Source: an uncultured Chloroflexia bacterium
GTDB taxonomy: Bacteria; Chloroflexota; Dehalococcoidia; DSTF01; JALHUB01
NCBI GenBank assembly: GCA_963719465.1
Contig: OY970386.1
Location: 1,369,471-1,433,470, forward strand
Length of the DNA: 64,000 bases
Reading direction: 5' to 3'
Shown here: positions 19,080 through 29,865 of the stretch, piece after piece
How positions within the stretch are numbered: the first letter of the stretch is position 1
Layout of the letters: each line of letters opens with the position of its first letter
Made by a program: the position numbers and the translations under genes
Notes under the pieces: model-generated
Databases searched by the model: none
What the model was told of the DNA's origin: nothing
The model's input: the letters and a program-made list of their open reading frames with translations, nothing else

Positions 19080-20130
19080 CGACCCGCTAACCTTCGAGCG
19101 GCTCGATCCCGAAGGCATCCGCGAGCGGATCCGGGCGCTCCCCGAGCAGTGCCGGGACGCCTGGCGGCAGGCGGAAAGCTTCCCTTTCCCATCGGAATTC
19201 TCTGAAATCGACTCGCTGGCCGTGCTGGGCATGGGCGGCTCGGCGATTGCCGGCGACATCGTGCGCGCGCTGGCGCTGCGCGACGGCGCGAGGGCGGTCC
19301 TGGTGCATCGCGGCTATGACCTGCCGGCCTTCGTCGGCGAGCGGACGCTTGTCGTGGCCTGCAGCTTCAGCGGTCAGACTGAGGAAACGCTTTCGGCGTT
19401 CGAGAAGGCGCTCGCGACCGGCGCGAAGAAGCTGGCGATCACGACGGGCGGCCGGCTGCTGGAGCTGGCGAAAGCGCAGCGGCTGCCGGCGTACGTGTTC
19501 CAATACGAAGGCGAGCCGCGTTCGGCGCTGGGCTGCAGCCTCATGCCGCTGCTGGTGTGCGCGTCGGCGGCCGGCGTCTTGCCCGACGAGTCGCTCGGAG
19601 TCGAAGAGGCGATCCGGTTGATGGAAGAGCTGCGGGCCGAGATCGGCGATTCCACGCCGCTGGAGAGGAACGCCGGCAAACAGCTGGCAACGCGTCTGCA
19701 GGGGAAGCTGCCGGTCATCTTCGCGGCGGAGGCGCTAACGGAAGCGGCACATCGCTGGAAGACGCAGCTCAACGAGAACAGCAAGGTGTGGGCCTTCTAC
19801 GAGGAGGTCCCGGAGCTGAACCACAACGCCGTCGAAGGGTTCGGCCTGCCGCGGGCGGTTGCTGAGAATGCGCACGTCGTGTTCCTCAGCCATCCGAAGC
19901 TGAACGCGCGAAACGTGCTGCGCTACGAGGGAACGCGGGAGCTGCTGGCCGCGGCGGGCGTTTCGAGCGAGGTCGTCGAAGCGCGGGGCCAAAGCGAGCT
20001 GGCGCGGGTGCTGACGGCGGTCTACTTTGGGGACTGGGTCAGCTTCTATCTGGCGATGCTGAACGGCGTGCATCCGGCGCCGATGCCGGCGATCGACAGG
20101 ATGAAGCGGGCGCTGGCGGAAGCGAACTAG
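19066..20130 (+). CDS. bifunctional phosphoglucose/phosphomannose isomerase (SIS domain, archaeal-type PGI/PMI)
   Basis: 354 aa with double SIS-domain architecture; recall-based family assignment. Confidence 0.65.
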   Translation: MHCLDDPLTFERLDPEGIRERIRALPEQCRDAWRQAESFPFPSEFSEIDSLAVLGMGGSAIAGDIVRALALRDGARAVLVHRGYDLPAFVGERTLVVACSFSGQTEETLSAFEKALATGAKKLAITTGGRLLELAKAQRLPAYVFQYEGEPRSALGCSLMPLLVCASAAGVLPDESLGVEEAIRLMEELRAEIGDSTPLERNAGKQLATRLQGKLPVIFAAEALTEAAHRWKTQLNENSKVWAFYEEVPELNHNAVEGFGLPRAVAENAHVVFLSHPKLNARNVLRYEGTRELLAAAGVSSEVVEARGQSELARVLTAVYFGDWVSFYLAMLNGVHPAPMPAIDRMKRALAEAN

Positions 20131-20177
20131 GGCGAGCTTCGAAGACCAGCGCGGGCGCAAGCGGCTTTGAAGGGAGA

Positions 20178-20198
20178 GGGCGGGCAAGATGCCCGCCC
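20178..20198. terminator. GC-rich hairpin (GGGCGGGC-aagat-GCCCGCCC) between the convergent PGI/PMI and rpsI genes; bidirectional terminator candidate
   Basis: Perfect 8-bp stem seen in the sequence; no strong U-run follows. Confidence 0.35.
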
Positions 20199-20221
20199 TA
20201 CGCGTTCGAATCGTCGGATGA

Positions 20222-20614
20222 TTAGCGCTTGGTGTACTGAGGCGCTTTGCGGGCCCGCTTGAGGCCGTACTTCTTGCGCTCTTTGACGCGGGCGTCGCGA
20301 GTGAGCAAGCCGTTATCTCGCAGCGGCTTCTTCAGCTTCTCGTCCATCGCGACCAGGGCGCGGGCAATGCCGTGAGCCACCGCGCCAGCCCAGGCGCTGA
20401 TGCCGCCGCCTTCGACCTTCACCTGCGCGTTGAACTTGTCCGTTTGCGCGCTCACCAGCAGCGGTCTCAGGACGAGGCTCTGATGGGCGGGCCGGTTGAA
20501 GACCTCTTCCATCGGCTTGCCGTTGATTATGATGGCGCCGCCTCCAGGGTAGAGGCGCACGCGCGCGACGGCTGTCTTCCTGCGACCGGTCCCGGCATAG
20601 TATTGCTGGTTCAA
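20222..20614 (-). CDS. rpsI: 30S ribosomal protein S9
   Basis: 130 aa with a canonical S9 sequence. Confidence 0.95.
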   Translation of the reverse strand: MNQQYYAGTGRRKTAVARVRLYPGGGAIIINGKPMEEVFNRPAHQSLVLRPLLVSAQTDKFNAQVKVEGGGISAWAGAVAHGIARALVAMDEKLKKPLRDNGLLTRDARVKERKKYGLKRARKAPQYTKR

Positions 20615-21333
20615 CTCGAACTCTCCTCCTGCGGGGCGTCGCCGGCGTCTAACGTCTCGGCCTCCGGCGCTGCCTCAGGCTCTTCGGCGGTCGTTGCTTC
20701 TGCCGCCTCCTCGACCGCGGCCTCCGGTGAGGCTTCGGCCGGCTCTTCCGCGACGGCTTCGGGCGCCGCTTCGGCTACGGCTTCCTGGGGGGCCTCTGCC
20801 GGCTCTTCGACGACCGGCGGCGTCTCCTCGACGGGCGCTTCTACGACGGCCGCTGCCGCTTTCGCCTTCTTCTCCGGCGGGGCTACGGCCGCGGCCTCGC
20901 GCGGCTTCTTCGGCGCGCCGCCCGTCTGCGCGGTATGCGGATGCTCCGGTCCCACGTAGACGTGCAGATGGCCGCGCAGCTTGGCGCCCAGGCGGTTGTG
21001 CGGAAGCATGCCTCGCACGGCGTGCTCGATGACCCGCGTCGGGTGCTTCGCCATCATCTTCTCGAGCGTTATCTCTCGCAGTCCGCCCGGGTACTGGGTG
21101 TGATGGCGATAAAGCTTCTGACGCATCTTGTTGTTGCCGCTGATGTGCACCTTCTCCGCGTTGACGACGACCACGAAGTCACGCATGTCCATGTGCGGTG
21201 TGAACTGCGGGCGGTGCTTGCCGCGGAGCAATGACGCGACGCGCGCCGCCAGCCGGCCAAGCGGCTGCTCGGCGGCGTCAACGACGTGCCACTGCGGTGT
21301 TATTTCCTTTGCTTTTGCGCTATACGTTTTCAT
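20611..21333 (-). CDS. rplM: 50S ribosomal protein L13 with a ~95-aa acidic Ala/Glu/Pro-rich C-terminal extension
   Basis: The first ~145 aa are canonical L13, followed by a low-complexity EAPxEE-type tail. Confidence 0.9.
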   Translation of the reverse strand: MKTYSAKAKEITPQWHVVDAAEQPLGRLAARVASLLRGKHRPQFTPHMDMRDFVVVVNAEKVHISGNNKMRQKLYRHHTQYPGGLREITLEKMMAKHPTRVIEHAVRGMLPHNRLGAKLRGHLHVYVGPEHPHTAQTGGAPKKPREAAAVAPPEKKAKAAAAVVEAPVEETPPVVEEPAEAPQEAVAEAAPEAVAEEPAEASPEAAVEEAAEATTAEEPEAAPEAETLDAGDAPQEESSS

Positions 21334-22132
21334 CTATATCCATCTCTTCGCCGAAATCCAGGTCCCGGTAGCTCACGCGCATCAGGCAAAGCCCCTGCGG
21401 CGGCGCCGCGGGCCCGGCCGTCGAAGGCTTCGCCTCTTGGAGCTGTCGCAGCAGGCCCTCCGGCGACTGTCTGCCCTGTCCGACCTCCACGAGCGCTCCG
21501 ACCGTCCTTCGCACCTGATGCGGCAGAAAGGCGTCCGCCTCGGCGTCAAACACGAGCAGGCGTCCTTCGCGCCGAACCTCCAGCCGGCGGAGCGCCCGAA
21601 CGCTGGTCGAGCGCGCGTTCTCCAGCTTGCCGGCGAAGGCGGCGAAATCGTGTCTGCCGGTGAGCGCTGCCGCCGCCTCACGCATCGCCGTCTCGTCCAG
21701 CGGCTCCTTCACGTGCCAGGAGCGCCGTCGCCACAATGGCGAGCGGGCGCGGCCGCGGTAGACCAAGTAGCGATACCAGCGATTCCAGGCGCGTCGTCGA
21801 ACGTCGTAGTCGCCGGTGACGATGCGGGCCGCGCGAACGGCGATATCGTCCGGCAGCCAGTAATTCAGGCCGTCGACGAACACCGCTTCGTCAAAGCGAC
21901 GCTCGGTCAGGAACGACGCCACCTGGCCGCGGGCGTGAACGCCGGCATCGGTGCGTCCGGCGAAGGCGACGCGGGCAGCATTGCCGGTGAGCCTCTTTAT
22001 TGCCCCTTCCAGGTTGCCCTGGATGGTTGGGGCGTTCTTTTGAATCTGCGATCCGCCGTAGCGGCTGCCGTCGTACTCGAGGAGGAGGGCGATTCGCCTT
22101 GTCTCACCTCCGGCCGGCTGCTGCAACGTCAT
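21320..22132 (-). CDS. truA: tRNA pseudouridine(38-40) synthase TruA
   Basis: 270 aa with TruA motifs (RTDAGVHARGQV). Confidence 0.85.
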   Translation of the reverse strand: MTLQQPAGGETRRIALLLEYDGSRYGGSQIQKNAPTIQGNLEGAIKRLTGNAARVAFAGRTDAGVHARGQVASFLTERRFDEAVFVDGLNYWLPDDIAVRAARIVTGDYDVRRRAWNRWYRYLVYRGRARSPLWRRRSWHVKEPLDETAMREAAAALTGRHDFAAFAGKLENARSTSVRALRRLEVRREGRLLVFDAEADAFLPHQVRRTVGALVEVGQGRQSPEGLLRQLQEAKPSTAGPAAPPQGLCLMRVSYRDLDFGEEMDIDENV

Positions 22133-22156
22133 TTCATCTGATAAGTTCGTTGCCCC

Positions 22157-22507
22157 TTAGACCAGCTCCAGTTGGGCGACCTCGGCGCCGTCGCCGACGC
22201 GTCGTCCGAGCTTCACGACGCGCGTATAGCCACCGGGTCGGGTCGCGTACCGCGGCGCGATGTCGTCGAAGACCTTCTTCACGATGTCGGCGTCCGTGAC
22301 GACGCGCAAGGCCTGGCGTCGGGCGTGGACGGTGCCGTCCTTGCCGAGGGTGATTACCTTCTCGGCGATGCCACGCACTTCCTTGGCCTTGGCCTCGGTT
22401 GTGCGGATCCTTTCATAGCGAAAGAGGTCCGTGACCAGGCCACGGAACAGCGCCTGGCGTTGTGGCGTCGACCGCCGCAGCTTCCGACCGGCGACTTTGT
22501 GTCTCAT
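22157..22507 (-). CDS. rplQ: 50S ribosomal protein L17
   Basis: 116-aa canonical L17 ([22 protein letters not shown]...), found as the C-terminal part of the chimeric 508-aa track ORF. Confidence 0.9.
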   Translation of the reverse strand: MRHKVAGRKLRRSTPQRQALFRGLVTDLFRYERIRTTEAKAKEVRGIAEKVITLGKDGTVHARRQALRVVTDADIVKKVFDDIAPRYATRPGGYTRVVKLGRRVGDGAEVAQLELV

Positions 22508-23683
22508 GACTGCTCTTCTTCGTCTTCCCCGGGCTCCGTCTTTTCGCTCTCTTCCAGTTCGGCCGCAGGGAGGTCTTCGCCCACTTTGTGAAATGCCTGA
22601 AGGAGCGCGGCGCCAAGGGCGCTGACCGGCTCGCCTTCCTCCTGCGCGACGGTCGCTGCCCCTTCCTGCTCGATCTCCTCGTAGGCCAGAGGCGCTTCCT
22701 CCTCGGGTTCCGGCTGCAGGAAGCCCATCTCGATCAACTTCGCGCGGAGCTCGTCGTACGACTTGCGTCCGAAGTTGCGGAGCGCCAGGAGGTCGTCTTC
22801 GCTCTTTTCGAGAACCTGGCCGACAGTCATGAGGCCGCTGCGCTTGAGGCAGTTGTAGGCGCGGACGGAGAGGCTGAGCTGTTCGATTGGCGTGTTGTAG
22901 CGGTCGGGCGAGAGGGCAGCGCCGACGCCCAGGCCGCGCTCGACGATTGCCGGCTGCGGCTTGCCGATCTGGTTGTAGAGCGTGAGCTGGTCGATAAGAA
23001 GGCCGGCGGCGCGGCTGATCGCCTCGGAGCCGGTCACGGTGCCGTCGGTCCAGACTTCGAGGACCAGGCGGTCGTAGTCGGTGACCTGGCCGACGCGGGT
23101 TCTCTCGACCTGGTAGTTGACCTTGCGGATTGGCGTGAAGATGGCGTCGACCGGGATGACGCCGATGGGCGCAGGCTCGCGCTCCGTTGCCGGCCAGTAG
23201 CCGTGCCCCTGCTCGACCGTGAACTCGACGGTCAGGTGCGCATCGGGCGAGTCGAGGGTCGCCAGGTGGAGTTCGGTGTTGACGATCTCGTAGTCGGCGG
23301 TGGCCGCGATGTCGCCAGCGGTCACTTTGCCTTCGCCCGAGGCCTCCAGGTACAGCTTGCCCGGCCTGTCGGCGAGGCCGCGGAGGCGTATCTCCTTCAC
23401 CGCCAGGAGGAACTCCATCGGTATCTTCCTTGATGCCGGGGATAGTAGAGAACTCGTGCTCCACCTCTTCGAGGCGCACGGCGGTAATCGCCGCTCCGGG
23501 CAGTGAGCTGAGGAGAACGCGCCTGAGGGCGTTGCCTATGGTCGTGCCGAAGCCGGATTCGAGCGGCTCGGCGACGACGCGGGCGTACGTCTCATTCGCC
23601 TCTTCGATTTCGATTTGCGGCACCGCCAGCTGCGTGGTCGGAACGCCTTCTGTCTCGCCGTCTAAGGGTTGAGGAGATATCAA
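22504..23683 (-). CDS. rpoA: DNA-directed RNA polymerase subunit alpha, with an apparent +1 frameshift near 23414-23421
   Basis: N-terminal domain (IEIEE...[18 protein letters not shown]...[13 protein letters not shown]) reads in one frame (23683 down to ~23419). The rest ([12 protein letters not shown]...C-terminal domain [10 protein letters not shown]) reads in the frame of track ORF 22504-23418. Alignment to E. coli/B. subtilis RpoA places the junction exactly at EDT|(D/M)EFLL. Confidence 0.85.
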
Positions 23684-23702
23684 TTCTCCAGCCTCCCGCT
23701 CT

Positions 23703-24329
23703 CGCTAACGCGAGTAGTACTCAACTATGACAAGGGGATTCGAACGGCGCGCCGGCGTCTGCCGCCTCGGGAGCGCGCAGGACGCGGCCGGTCATGGTGG
23801 CGTCGTCGCGAACCAGCCAGCTTGGCACTTCCTTGCTCTTCGCCGTCTCCTCGACCACCTTGTAGTATTCGCTCTTTTTTCCTCTGGGGCTCCAGCCGAT
23901 GATGTCGTTCACCTTGACGTGGGCCGAAGGGATGCCGGTCTTGCGTCCGTTGATGACGACGTGGCCGTGGCGGACGAGCTGTCGGGCCTGGGAACGCGAG
24001 TCGGCGAGCCCAAGCCGATAGATGACGTTGTCGAGCCGCATTTCCAGCAGGCGGAGCAGGTTGTCGCCGGTCACGCCGGGCCTACGCACGGCCTCGGCGT
24101 AGTAGCGGCGGAACTGTCGCTCCAGGATGCCGTAGGTGAAGCGCGCCTTCTGCTTCTCGCGGAGTTGGACGGCGCGGTCGGAGATGCGGCGCCGTCGGGC
24201 CGTGCGGAAGCCTGGCGGCTGCGTACGGCGCTCCACGCCGCATTTCCTGTAGCACCGTTCGCCTTTCAGCATCAGCTTGTCGCCGAAGCGACGGCAGAGG
24301 CGGCACACCGGTCCTCTATATCGAGCCAT
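23703..24329 (-). CDS. rpsD: 30S ribosomal protein S4, with an apparent +1 frameshift at the GGGG run 23734-23737
   Basis: As sequenced the ORF ends ...APFESPCHS* at 23721. Removing one C from the minus-strand CCCC restores the canonical S4 C-terminus ...[14 protein letters not shown] ending at 23703. Confidence 0.85.
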
Positions 24330-24351
24330 TTACGTTAGTCTCCTTTGCCGC

Positions 24352-24747
24352 CTAGATCCGCCTTCGTTTGGGCGGACGGCAGCCGTTGTGCGGTATCGGC
24401 GTCACGTCGCGGATGCTGAGGACGGCGAGGCCGGCGCTCTGAAGGGCGCGAATGGCCGCCTCGCGACCGCTGCCGGGTCCTTTGACGAAGACGTCCACCT
24501 GTCGCATGCCCTGGTCCATCGCCTTGCGGGCGGCCTGCTGGGCGGCCATCTGGGCGGCGTAGGGCGTGCTCTTCCGCGAGCCCTTGAAGCCGGACGTGCC
24601 GGCGCTGCTCCAGGCAACGGCGTTGCCCATGGGGTCGGTGAGCGTTATGAGGGTATTGTTGAAGGTGGACTGGATGTAGGCTTTGCCCTTCGGGATTGAT
24701 TTTCGTTCCCGACGTCTGACCCGACTCTTTGCTTTCTTTTCGGCCAC
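24352..24747 (-). CDS. rpsK: 30S ribosomal protein S11
   Basis: 131 aa, canonical. Confidence 0.95.
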   Translation of the reverse strand: MAEKKAKSRVRRRERKSIPKGKAYIQSTFNNTLITLTDPMGNAVAWSSAGTSGFKGSRKSTPYAAQMAAQQAARKAMDQGMRQVDVFVKGPGSGREAAIRALQSAGLAVLSIRDVTPIPHNGCRPPKRRRI

Positions 24748-24762
24748 GAGCGCTATCCTCTC

Positions 24763-25146
24763 TTACTTCTTGGCGACGGAGCGTCGCTTGCCGGCCACGG
24801 TGCGTCGCGCGCCCCGTTTGGTGCGGGCGTTGGTGCGCGTCCGCTGGCCGTGCACGGGCAGGCCGCGACGGTGCCGGATGCCGCGATAGCAGTTTATCTC
24901 GATCAGGTGCTGGACGTTCTGGCGGACCTCGCGCCGCAGGTCGCCTTCGACTACGTATTCGCGGTCGATGACCTCGCGGATGCGGTTGATCTCATCGTCG
25001 GTCAGGTCGCGGACGCGCACCTTGCCGTCGATCTGCGTCTGCCCCAGGATCTTCTGGGAGCGCGTTCGGCCGATGCCGTAGATGTAGCCGAGGGCCACGC
25101 CGACCTGTTTGTCGTTGGGTATGTCGACTCCGGCGATACGTGCCAT
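24763..25146 (-). CDS. rpsM: 30S ribosomal protein S13
   Basis: 127 aa, canonical ([10 protein letters not shown]). Confidence 0.95.
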   Translation of the reverse strand: MARIAGVDIPNDKQVGVALGYIYGIGRTRSQKILGQTQIDGKVRVRDLTDDEINRIREVIDREYVVEGDLRREVRQNVQHLIEINCYRGIRHRRGLPVHGQRTRTNARTKRGARRTVAGKRRSVAKK

Positions 25147-25159
25147 AATTCCTCCCGGG

Positions 25160-25273
25160 TTAGCCCTGCCGCTGCTTGTGCTTGGGGTTGGGGCAGATCA
25201 CCATAACGACGCCGTGGCGCCGGACGATCCGGCACTTTTCGCAGCGTACTTTTACTGATGCTCGAACTTTCAT
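25160..25273 (-). CDS. rpmJ: 50S ribosomal protein L36
   Basis: 37 aa [37 protein letters not shown], found inside the 65-aa track ORF. Confidence 0.9.
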   Translation of the reverse strand: MKVRASVKVRCEKCRIVRRHGVVMVICPNPKHKQRQG

Positions 25274-25301
25274 TATATCCTCTTTTGCCGCCTGATTCGA
25301 C

Positions 25302-25520
25302 TCACTTGAATCGGTAGGTGATGCGGCCGCGCGACAGATCGTAGGGAGAGAGCTCAACGAGGACGCGGTCTCCCGGCAGAATTCGGATGAAGTGCAGCCT
25401 TATCTTTCCGGAGACGTGGGCGAGGACCTTGTGTCCATTCGCCAGGTCTACGCGGAACATCGCATTCGGCAAGGCTTCCCTCACCACCCCTTCTACTTCG
25501 ATCGTCTCTTTCTTGGGCAT
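25302..25520 (-). CDS. infA: translation initiation factor IF-1
   Basis: 72 aa, canonical S1-like IF-1. Confidence 0.95.
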   Translation of the reverse strand: MPKKETIEVEGVVREALPNAMFRVDLANGHKVLAHVSGKIRLHFIRILPGDRVLVELSPYDLSRGRITYRFK

Positions 25521-25548
25521 AACCTCCTCAGACTTATTGCTTACCGTT

Positions 25549-26299
25549 CTAAGGCAGCGTCAGTATCTCCGCCTTGCCGTCGGTTACGGCGATTGTGTGC
25601 TCGAAATGGGCGGAGAGGCTGTGGTCGAGCGTGCTGACCGTCCAGCCGTCCTCGTGCCTTTTCGTGCGCCAGCCGCCGGCGTTGACCATCGGCTCGATGG
25701 CGAGCACCATGCCCTTTCTCAGGATGGGCCCCCGGTCCGCCGGCCCGAAGTTCGGGATTCTGCGGGTCTTCGTGCATCGCGCGGCCCACGCCGTGTCCGA
25801 CGTACTCGCGCACCACTGAGAACCCGGCCGCTTCGACTTCCGTCTGAACGGCATGCGAGACGGCGCCGAGCGGGCTCCCGGCCCTGGCTGCCTCTATTCC
25901 CTTGTAAAGCGCCCTCTCCGTCGTGCGGAGGAGGCGTTCGGTCTCCGCGCTTATGCGGCCGACGCCGACGGTTATCGCCGCGTCGCCGACGAACCCGTTA
26001 TAGGTCGCGCCGAGGTCTATGCTCAGCACGTCGCCGTCCTTTAGCGCCCGGTCGCCCGGAATGCCGTGGACGACTTCGTCGTTTGCCGAAAGGCAGACGC
26101 TGGCCGGATAGCCCATGTAGCCGAGGAAAGTCGGCTTTACGCCCCGGCCGGCGAACTCCTTTCGTACTATCGCATCCAGTTGTTTGCCCGTGACCCCCGG
26201 TTTCGCCTCCCCGGCCAGTACCTGCAGCACCTGGCCGACGGTGCGACCGGCTTCACGGATGGTCGCTATCTCTTCTTCCGATTTTATTATAATGGGCAT
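25549..26299 (-). CDS. map: type I methionine aminopeptidase, with an apparent +1 frameshift near 25757-25760
   Basis: The N-terminal ~175 aa (through [14 protein letters not shown]) read in the frame of track ORF 25541-26299. The conserved C-terminus ([30 protein letters not shown]...[11 protein letters not shown]) reads in the frame of ORF 25549-25854. Deleting one A from minus-strand CAGAATCCC rejoins them as ...EDPQIPNFGP... Confidence 0.85.
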
Positions 26300-26330
26300 C
26301 TAGCCCCGGCACCTCAAGGCGCCCGGCGGT

Positions 26331-26978
26331 TCAAGAAAGTCCCGCCGCCTTGAGCAGATCCCTGCCTACCGCGTCGGTGTCCTGCTCACCGTCAACCTCG
26401 AGCAGCTTGTTTTGCCCGCGGTAGTAGTCGATGAGAGGAGCCGTCTGCTGGCTGTAAACGCCGAGGCGGTTCCGAACCGTCTCCGGCTTGTCGTCGTCGC
26501 GCTGGTAGAGCTCGCCGCCGCAGCGGTCGCACTTGCCCGCCTGTTTCGGTGGGCTGAACGCCTCGTGATAGACGGCGCCGCACTGGCGGCAGGTCCAGCG
26601 GCCAGCCAGCCGCCGAACGACCTCTTCTTCGCCGACGTTGATGTAGAGCACTTTGTCGACGGTCTGGCCGCGCTTGGTGAGCGCCTCGTCGAGCGCTCGC
26701 GCCTGTTCGACTGTGCGCGGGAAGCCGTCTAGCAGGACGCCCTTCCGGGTGTCCGGGCGGTCAATCCGGTCGAGCAGCATGCCGACCGTTATCTCATCCG
26801 GCACCAGCGCGCCCTTGTCGACGAAGACCTTGGCCTTTTGCCCGAGCTCCGTCTGGTTGCGGATGTTCTCGCGAAAGAGGTCGCCGGTGGCCACGTGGAC
26901 GAGGCCGGCCTGCTTCGCGATGTTGACGGCCTGCGTGCCTTTGCCCGCGCCCGGAGGTCCCAGCAGTATGAGTATCAA
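26331..26978 (-). CDS. adk: adenylate kinase (with a Cys4 zinc lid)
   Basis: 215 aa; GPPGAGKGT P-loop; LID with CRQCG...CDRCG. Confidence 0.95.
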   Translation of the reverse strand: MILILLGPPGAGKGTQAVNIAKQAGLVHVATGDLFRENIRNQTELGQKAKVFVDKGALVPDEITVGMLLDRIDRPDTRKGVLLDGFPRTVEQARALDEALTKRGQTVDKVLYINVGEEEVVRRLAGRWTCRQCGAVYHEAFSPPKQAGKCDRCGGELYQRDDDKPETVRNRLGVYSQQTAPLIDYYRGQNKLLEVDGEQDTDAVGRDLLKAAGLS

Positions 26979-26995
26979 GATTCCTTCCTCAAGTT

Positions 26996-28339
26996 CTAGC
27001 GAATGAATCCGGCGTAGTTCCTCATCAGGAGTTGCGCCTCCAGCTGCTTCATCGTATCGAGCACGACGCCGACCATGATGAGAAGGCCGGTGCTGCTGAT
27101 GGTGAGCGCCGCCGTATTGGCAAACTTCGTCGCGAAGAAAGGCACGACGGCCACGAATCCAAGAAAGATGGCGCCCGCCCAGGTGATGCGCACAAGTACA
27201 CGCATGATATAGTCCTGCGTCGGCCGTCCGGGTCTTATGCCGGGCACAAAGCCGCCCTGTCGTTGCAGGTTCTCTGCCAGGTTCTGCTGCTGGAAGATTA
27301 CAAGCGTATAGAAGAAGGCGAAGGCGACGGTGAGGAAGAAGACCATGACGTAGTAGGGCACGTTGCCCGGGCTGAACGTGCCGGCGACGAACGTGGAGAC
27401 GTCGTGGATCCAGGTCGTGCTCGATGTCTCGAGCGCCTTCGCCATCGTGGCCGGGAAGATGACCACCGCATACGCGAAGATAAGCGGGATCATTCCGGCG
27501 GAGTTGACGCGGAGCGGAATGTGCGTCTGTCCGGACTGGCGGTACATGCGGCCACCGCGGAAGAGGCTGCGGGCGTATTGCACGGGGACCCGGCGCTGCG
27601 CTTCATAGAAGTAAACGATGAGCCCAATGAGGGCGATGATCAGGAGGAACAGGAGCGCGATACCCGCAAAGCCTATGGAAGAGCTGGCGATGCTCGGCAG
27701 GTAGAGGGGCATGCCGGCCACGATGCCGCCGAAAATGATGAGCGAGATACCGTTGCCGATGCCGTTCTCCGTAATTAGCTCACCCAACCAGACGAGGAAC
27801 ATGGTTCCGGCGGTCATAGAGGCAAGGGCCGCGCCGGTCGGCAGCAGGTCAGCGCCGGTGAGGCCGATGTGCTGTATCACAGCCGTTCCACCCGCGGAGT
27901 GCTGCAGGGTCTGGAGCTGCGCGTAGCCCTGGACGATGGCGAGAGGTACCGCCAGCCAGTAGGTGTACAGGGTGATTTTATTCTGCCCGGCCTCGCCTTC
28001 CTTCGACAGAGCTTGGAGCGAGGGGACGATAGGTATGAGGAGCTGCATGATAATAGTGGCGGTTATGTACGGATAGACGCCCATCGATGCGACGCTCAAC
28101 CTCCGGAGGGCGCCGCCGGAGAACAGGTTCAGATAGCTGAGGATCGCATTTCCAGCAAAGGCGTCGCTCAACGCCTGCTGGTTCACGCCGGGTATGGGCA
28201 CGTGCGAGACAAAGCGGAAGACGGTTAATATGAAGAGCGTGAAGAGCAGGCGCTTGCGGATGTCAGGCTGCCGAAACGCCTGCACGAGCGCCTGCGCGAG
28301 TCGTGGTAGGACGGGTTGATTCGCCCGGCTCTGTGTCAT
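26996..28339 (-). CDS. secY: preprotein translocase subunit SecY
   Basis: 447 aa, 10 TM segments, canonical SecY motifs. Confidence 0.95.
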   Translation of the reverse strand: MTQSRANQPVLPRLAQALVQAFRQPDIRKRLLFTLFILTVFRFVSHVPIPGVNQQALSDAFAGNAILSYLNLFSGGALRRLSVASMGVYPYITATIIMQLLIPIVPSLQALSKEGEAGQNKITLYTYWLAVPLAIVQGYAQLQTLQHSAGGTAVIQHIGLTGADLLPTGAALASMTAGTMFLVWLGELITENGIGNGISLIIFGGIVAGMPLYLPSIASSSIGFAGIALLFLLIIALIGLIVYFYEAQRRVPVQYARSLFRGGRMYRQSGQTHIPLRVNSAGMIPLIFAYAVVIFPATMAKALETSSTTWIHDVSTFVAGTFSPGNVPYYVMVFFLTVAFAFFYTLVIFQQQNLAENLQRQGGFVPGIRPGRPTQDYIMRVLVRITWAGAIFLGFVAVVPFFATKFANTAALTISSTGLLIMVGVVLDTMKQLEAQLLMRNYAGFIR

Positions 28340-28788
28340 TTCGCTGCCACCTCCTCCACCTTGCCGCCGGCCGCCTCGATCTTCTGTCGCGCCGTCGCCG
28401 AGAATTTGTGCGCGCGCACGGTGAGCGCAGCCTTCAGCTCGCCGTCCCCGAGCACCTTAATCGGCGTTTTCGCGTTCTTGATGATGCCCGCGCTTGCGAG
28501 CGTCTCCGCCGTCACCTCGCTGCCCGCCGGGAAGCCGGTCAGCCGAGAGACGTTGATCGGCTCGTATTCGACGCGGAAGACGTTCGTAAAGCCGCGCTTA
28601 CGCGCCATCCTGCGGACGAGCGGAAGCTGGCCTCCTTCGAAGCCGCGCTTGACGCCGCCGCCGGCGCGCGCCTTCTGCCCCTTCAGTCCGCGGCCGGAGT
28701 AGGTCCCGTGGCCGCTGGAGTTGCCTCTTCCCACCCGCTTCGGGGCATGACGAGACCCGGGGGCAGGCCGCAGTTCATTCTGCCGCAC
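28336..28788 (-). CDS. rplO: 50S ribosomal protein L15
   Basis: 150 aa, canonical. Confidence 0.95.
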   Translation of the reverse strand: MRQNELRPAPGSRHAPKRVGRGNSSGHGTYSGRGLKGQKARAGGGVKRGFEGGQLPLVRRMARKRGFTNVFRVEYEPINVSRLTGFPAGSEVTAETLASAGIIKNAKTPIKVLGDGELKAALTVRAHKFSATARQKIEAAGGKVEEVAAK

Positions 28789-28970
28789 TAGTCGGCCTCC
28801 TCCACGGATACGAGATGATTGACTTTGCGTATCATACCACGCACCGTTGGTGTGTCACCATGGACGACTGTTTGCCCCAGGCGTCGTAGGCCCAGGGCGC
28901 GGATTGTCCGCTTCTGGTCCCCCTGGCGACCGATGGCGCTCCTTACCCAAGTGATCTTAAGCTCGGACAC
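28788..28970 (-). CDS. rpmD: 50S ribosomal protein L30
   Basis: 60 aa, canonical. Confidence 0.9.
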   Translation of the reverse strand: MSELKITWVRSAIGRQGDQKRTIRALGLRRLGQTVVHGDTPTVRGMIRKVNHLVSVEEAD

Positions 28971-29478
28971 CGACGCCCTCCGCTTGCCGAACTCCCGCCC
29001 GCCGCGACGCCCGCACCTGCGCGGGGTCCCGAAGCCGCGTCAGGCCAAGCATCGTCGCCTTGACGACGTTGATGGCGTTGGCGCTGCCCAGTGACTTTGC
29101 CAGGACGTTGTGGACGCCGGCCACCTCCATGATTGCGCGCACGCCTCCGCCGGCGATGACGCCGGTGCCGGGAGAGGCCGGTTTCATCAGCACTTTCGCA
29201 GCGCAGTACTTGCTTTCGATCTGATGAGGGATCGTCGTTCCGGCCAGCGGTATCTGAACCATGTTCTTGCGGGCGATGGTCGAGCCCTTGCGAATTGCCT
29301 CTGCCACCTCGCGCGCCTTGCCGAGGCCAATGCCGACCTTGCCGTGGCCGTCGCCGACGACGACGATGGCGCTGAAATGGAAGCGGCGTCCGCCCTTCAC
29401 GACTTTGGCGACGCGGTTGATGTGGACGACCTTTTCGACAATTTCGATTTCCGGCGGCGCTGTCTGTTCAAATACCAT
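28957..29478 (-). CDS. rpsE: 30S ribosomal protein S5
   Basis: 173 aa, canonical. Confidence 0.95.
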   Translation of the reverse strand: MVFEQTAPPEIEIVEKVVHINRVAKVVKGGRRFHFSAIVVVGDGHGKVGIGLGKAREVAEAIRKGSTIARKNMVQIPLAGTTIPHQIESKYCAAKVLMKPASPGTGVIAGGGVRAIMEVAGVHNVLAKSLGSANAINVVKATMLGLTRLRDPAQVRASRRAGVRQAEGVGVRA

Positions 29479-29489
29479 CGTTCGTTCCT

Positions 29490-29861
29490 CTAGAATTGCA
29501 GGCCGGCCTTGCGAGCCGCCTCGGCGAGGGCCTTGACGCGCCCGTGGAAGCGGTAGCCGCCGCGGTCGAAGACGACCTGCTCGACGCCTTTCTCCCGTGC
29601 CTTCTTCGCGATCAGGTCGCCGACCAGCGCGGCAACTTCGATCTTCTTCTTGCCGTTGCGGCTGCCGGCGTCTGCCTTCTCCACGTCGGATGCGGCGGCA
29701 AGCGTCTTGCCCGCGTCGTCGTCGATGACCTGCGCGTAGATGTGCGAGAGGCTGCGGAAGACGCAGAGACGGGGCCGGGACGCCGTTCCGCGTATCTTTC
29801 GCCGGACGCGTTCGTGGCGCCTCTTTCTGGCGGCGACCGGTGTCTTGCCTATCGTTGTCAT
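29490..29861 (-). CDS. rplR: 50S ribosomal protein L18
   Basis: 123 aa, canonical. Confidence 0.95.
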   Translation of the reverse strand: MTTIGKTPVAARKRRHERVRRKIRGTASRPRLCVFRSLSHIYAQVIDDDAGKTLAAASDVEKADAGSRNGKKKIEVAALVGDLIAKKAREKGVEQVVFDRGGYRFHGRVKALAEAARKAGLQF

Positions 29862-29865
29862 GTTC

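Noticed and set aside
22157-23683. 508-aa ORF in the track
   Set aside because: It is a chimera: real L17 at its 3' end, out-of-frame rpoA C-terminal-domain DNA in the middle, and the real rpoA N-terminus at its 5' end. It was resolved into rplQ plus a frameshifted rpoA.
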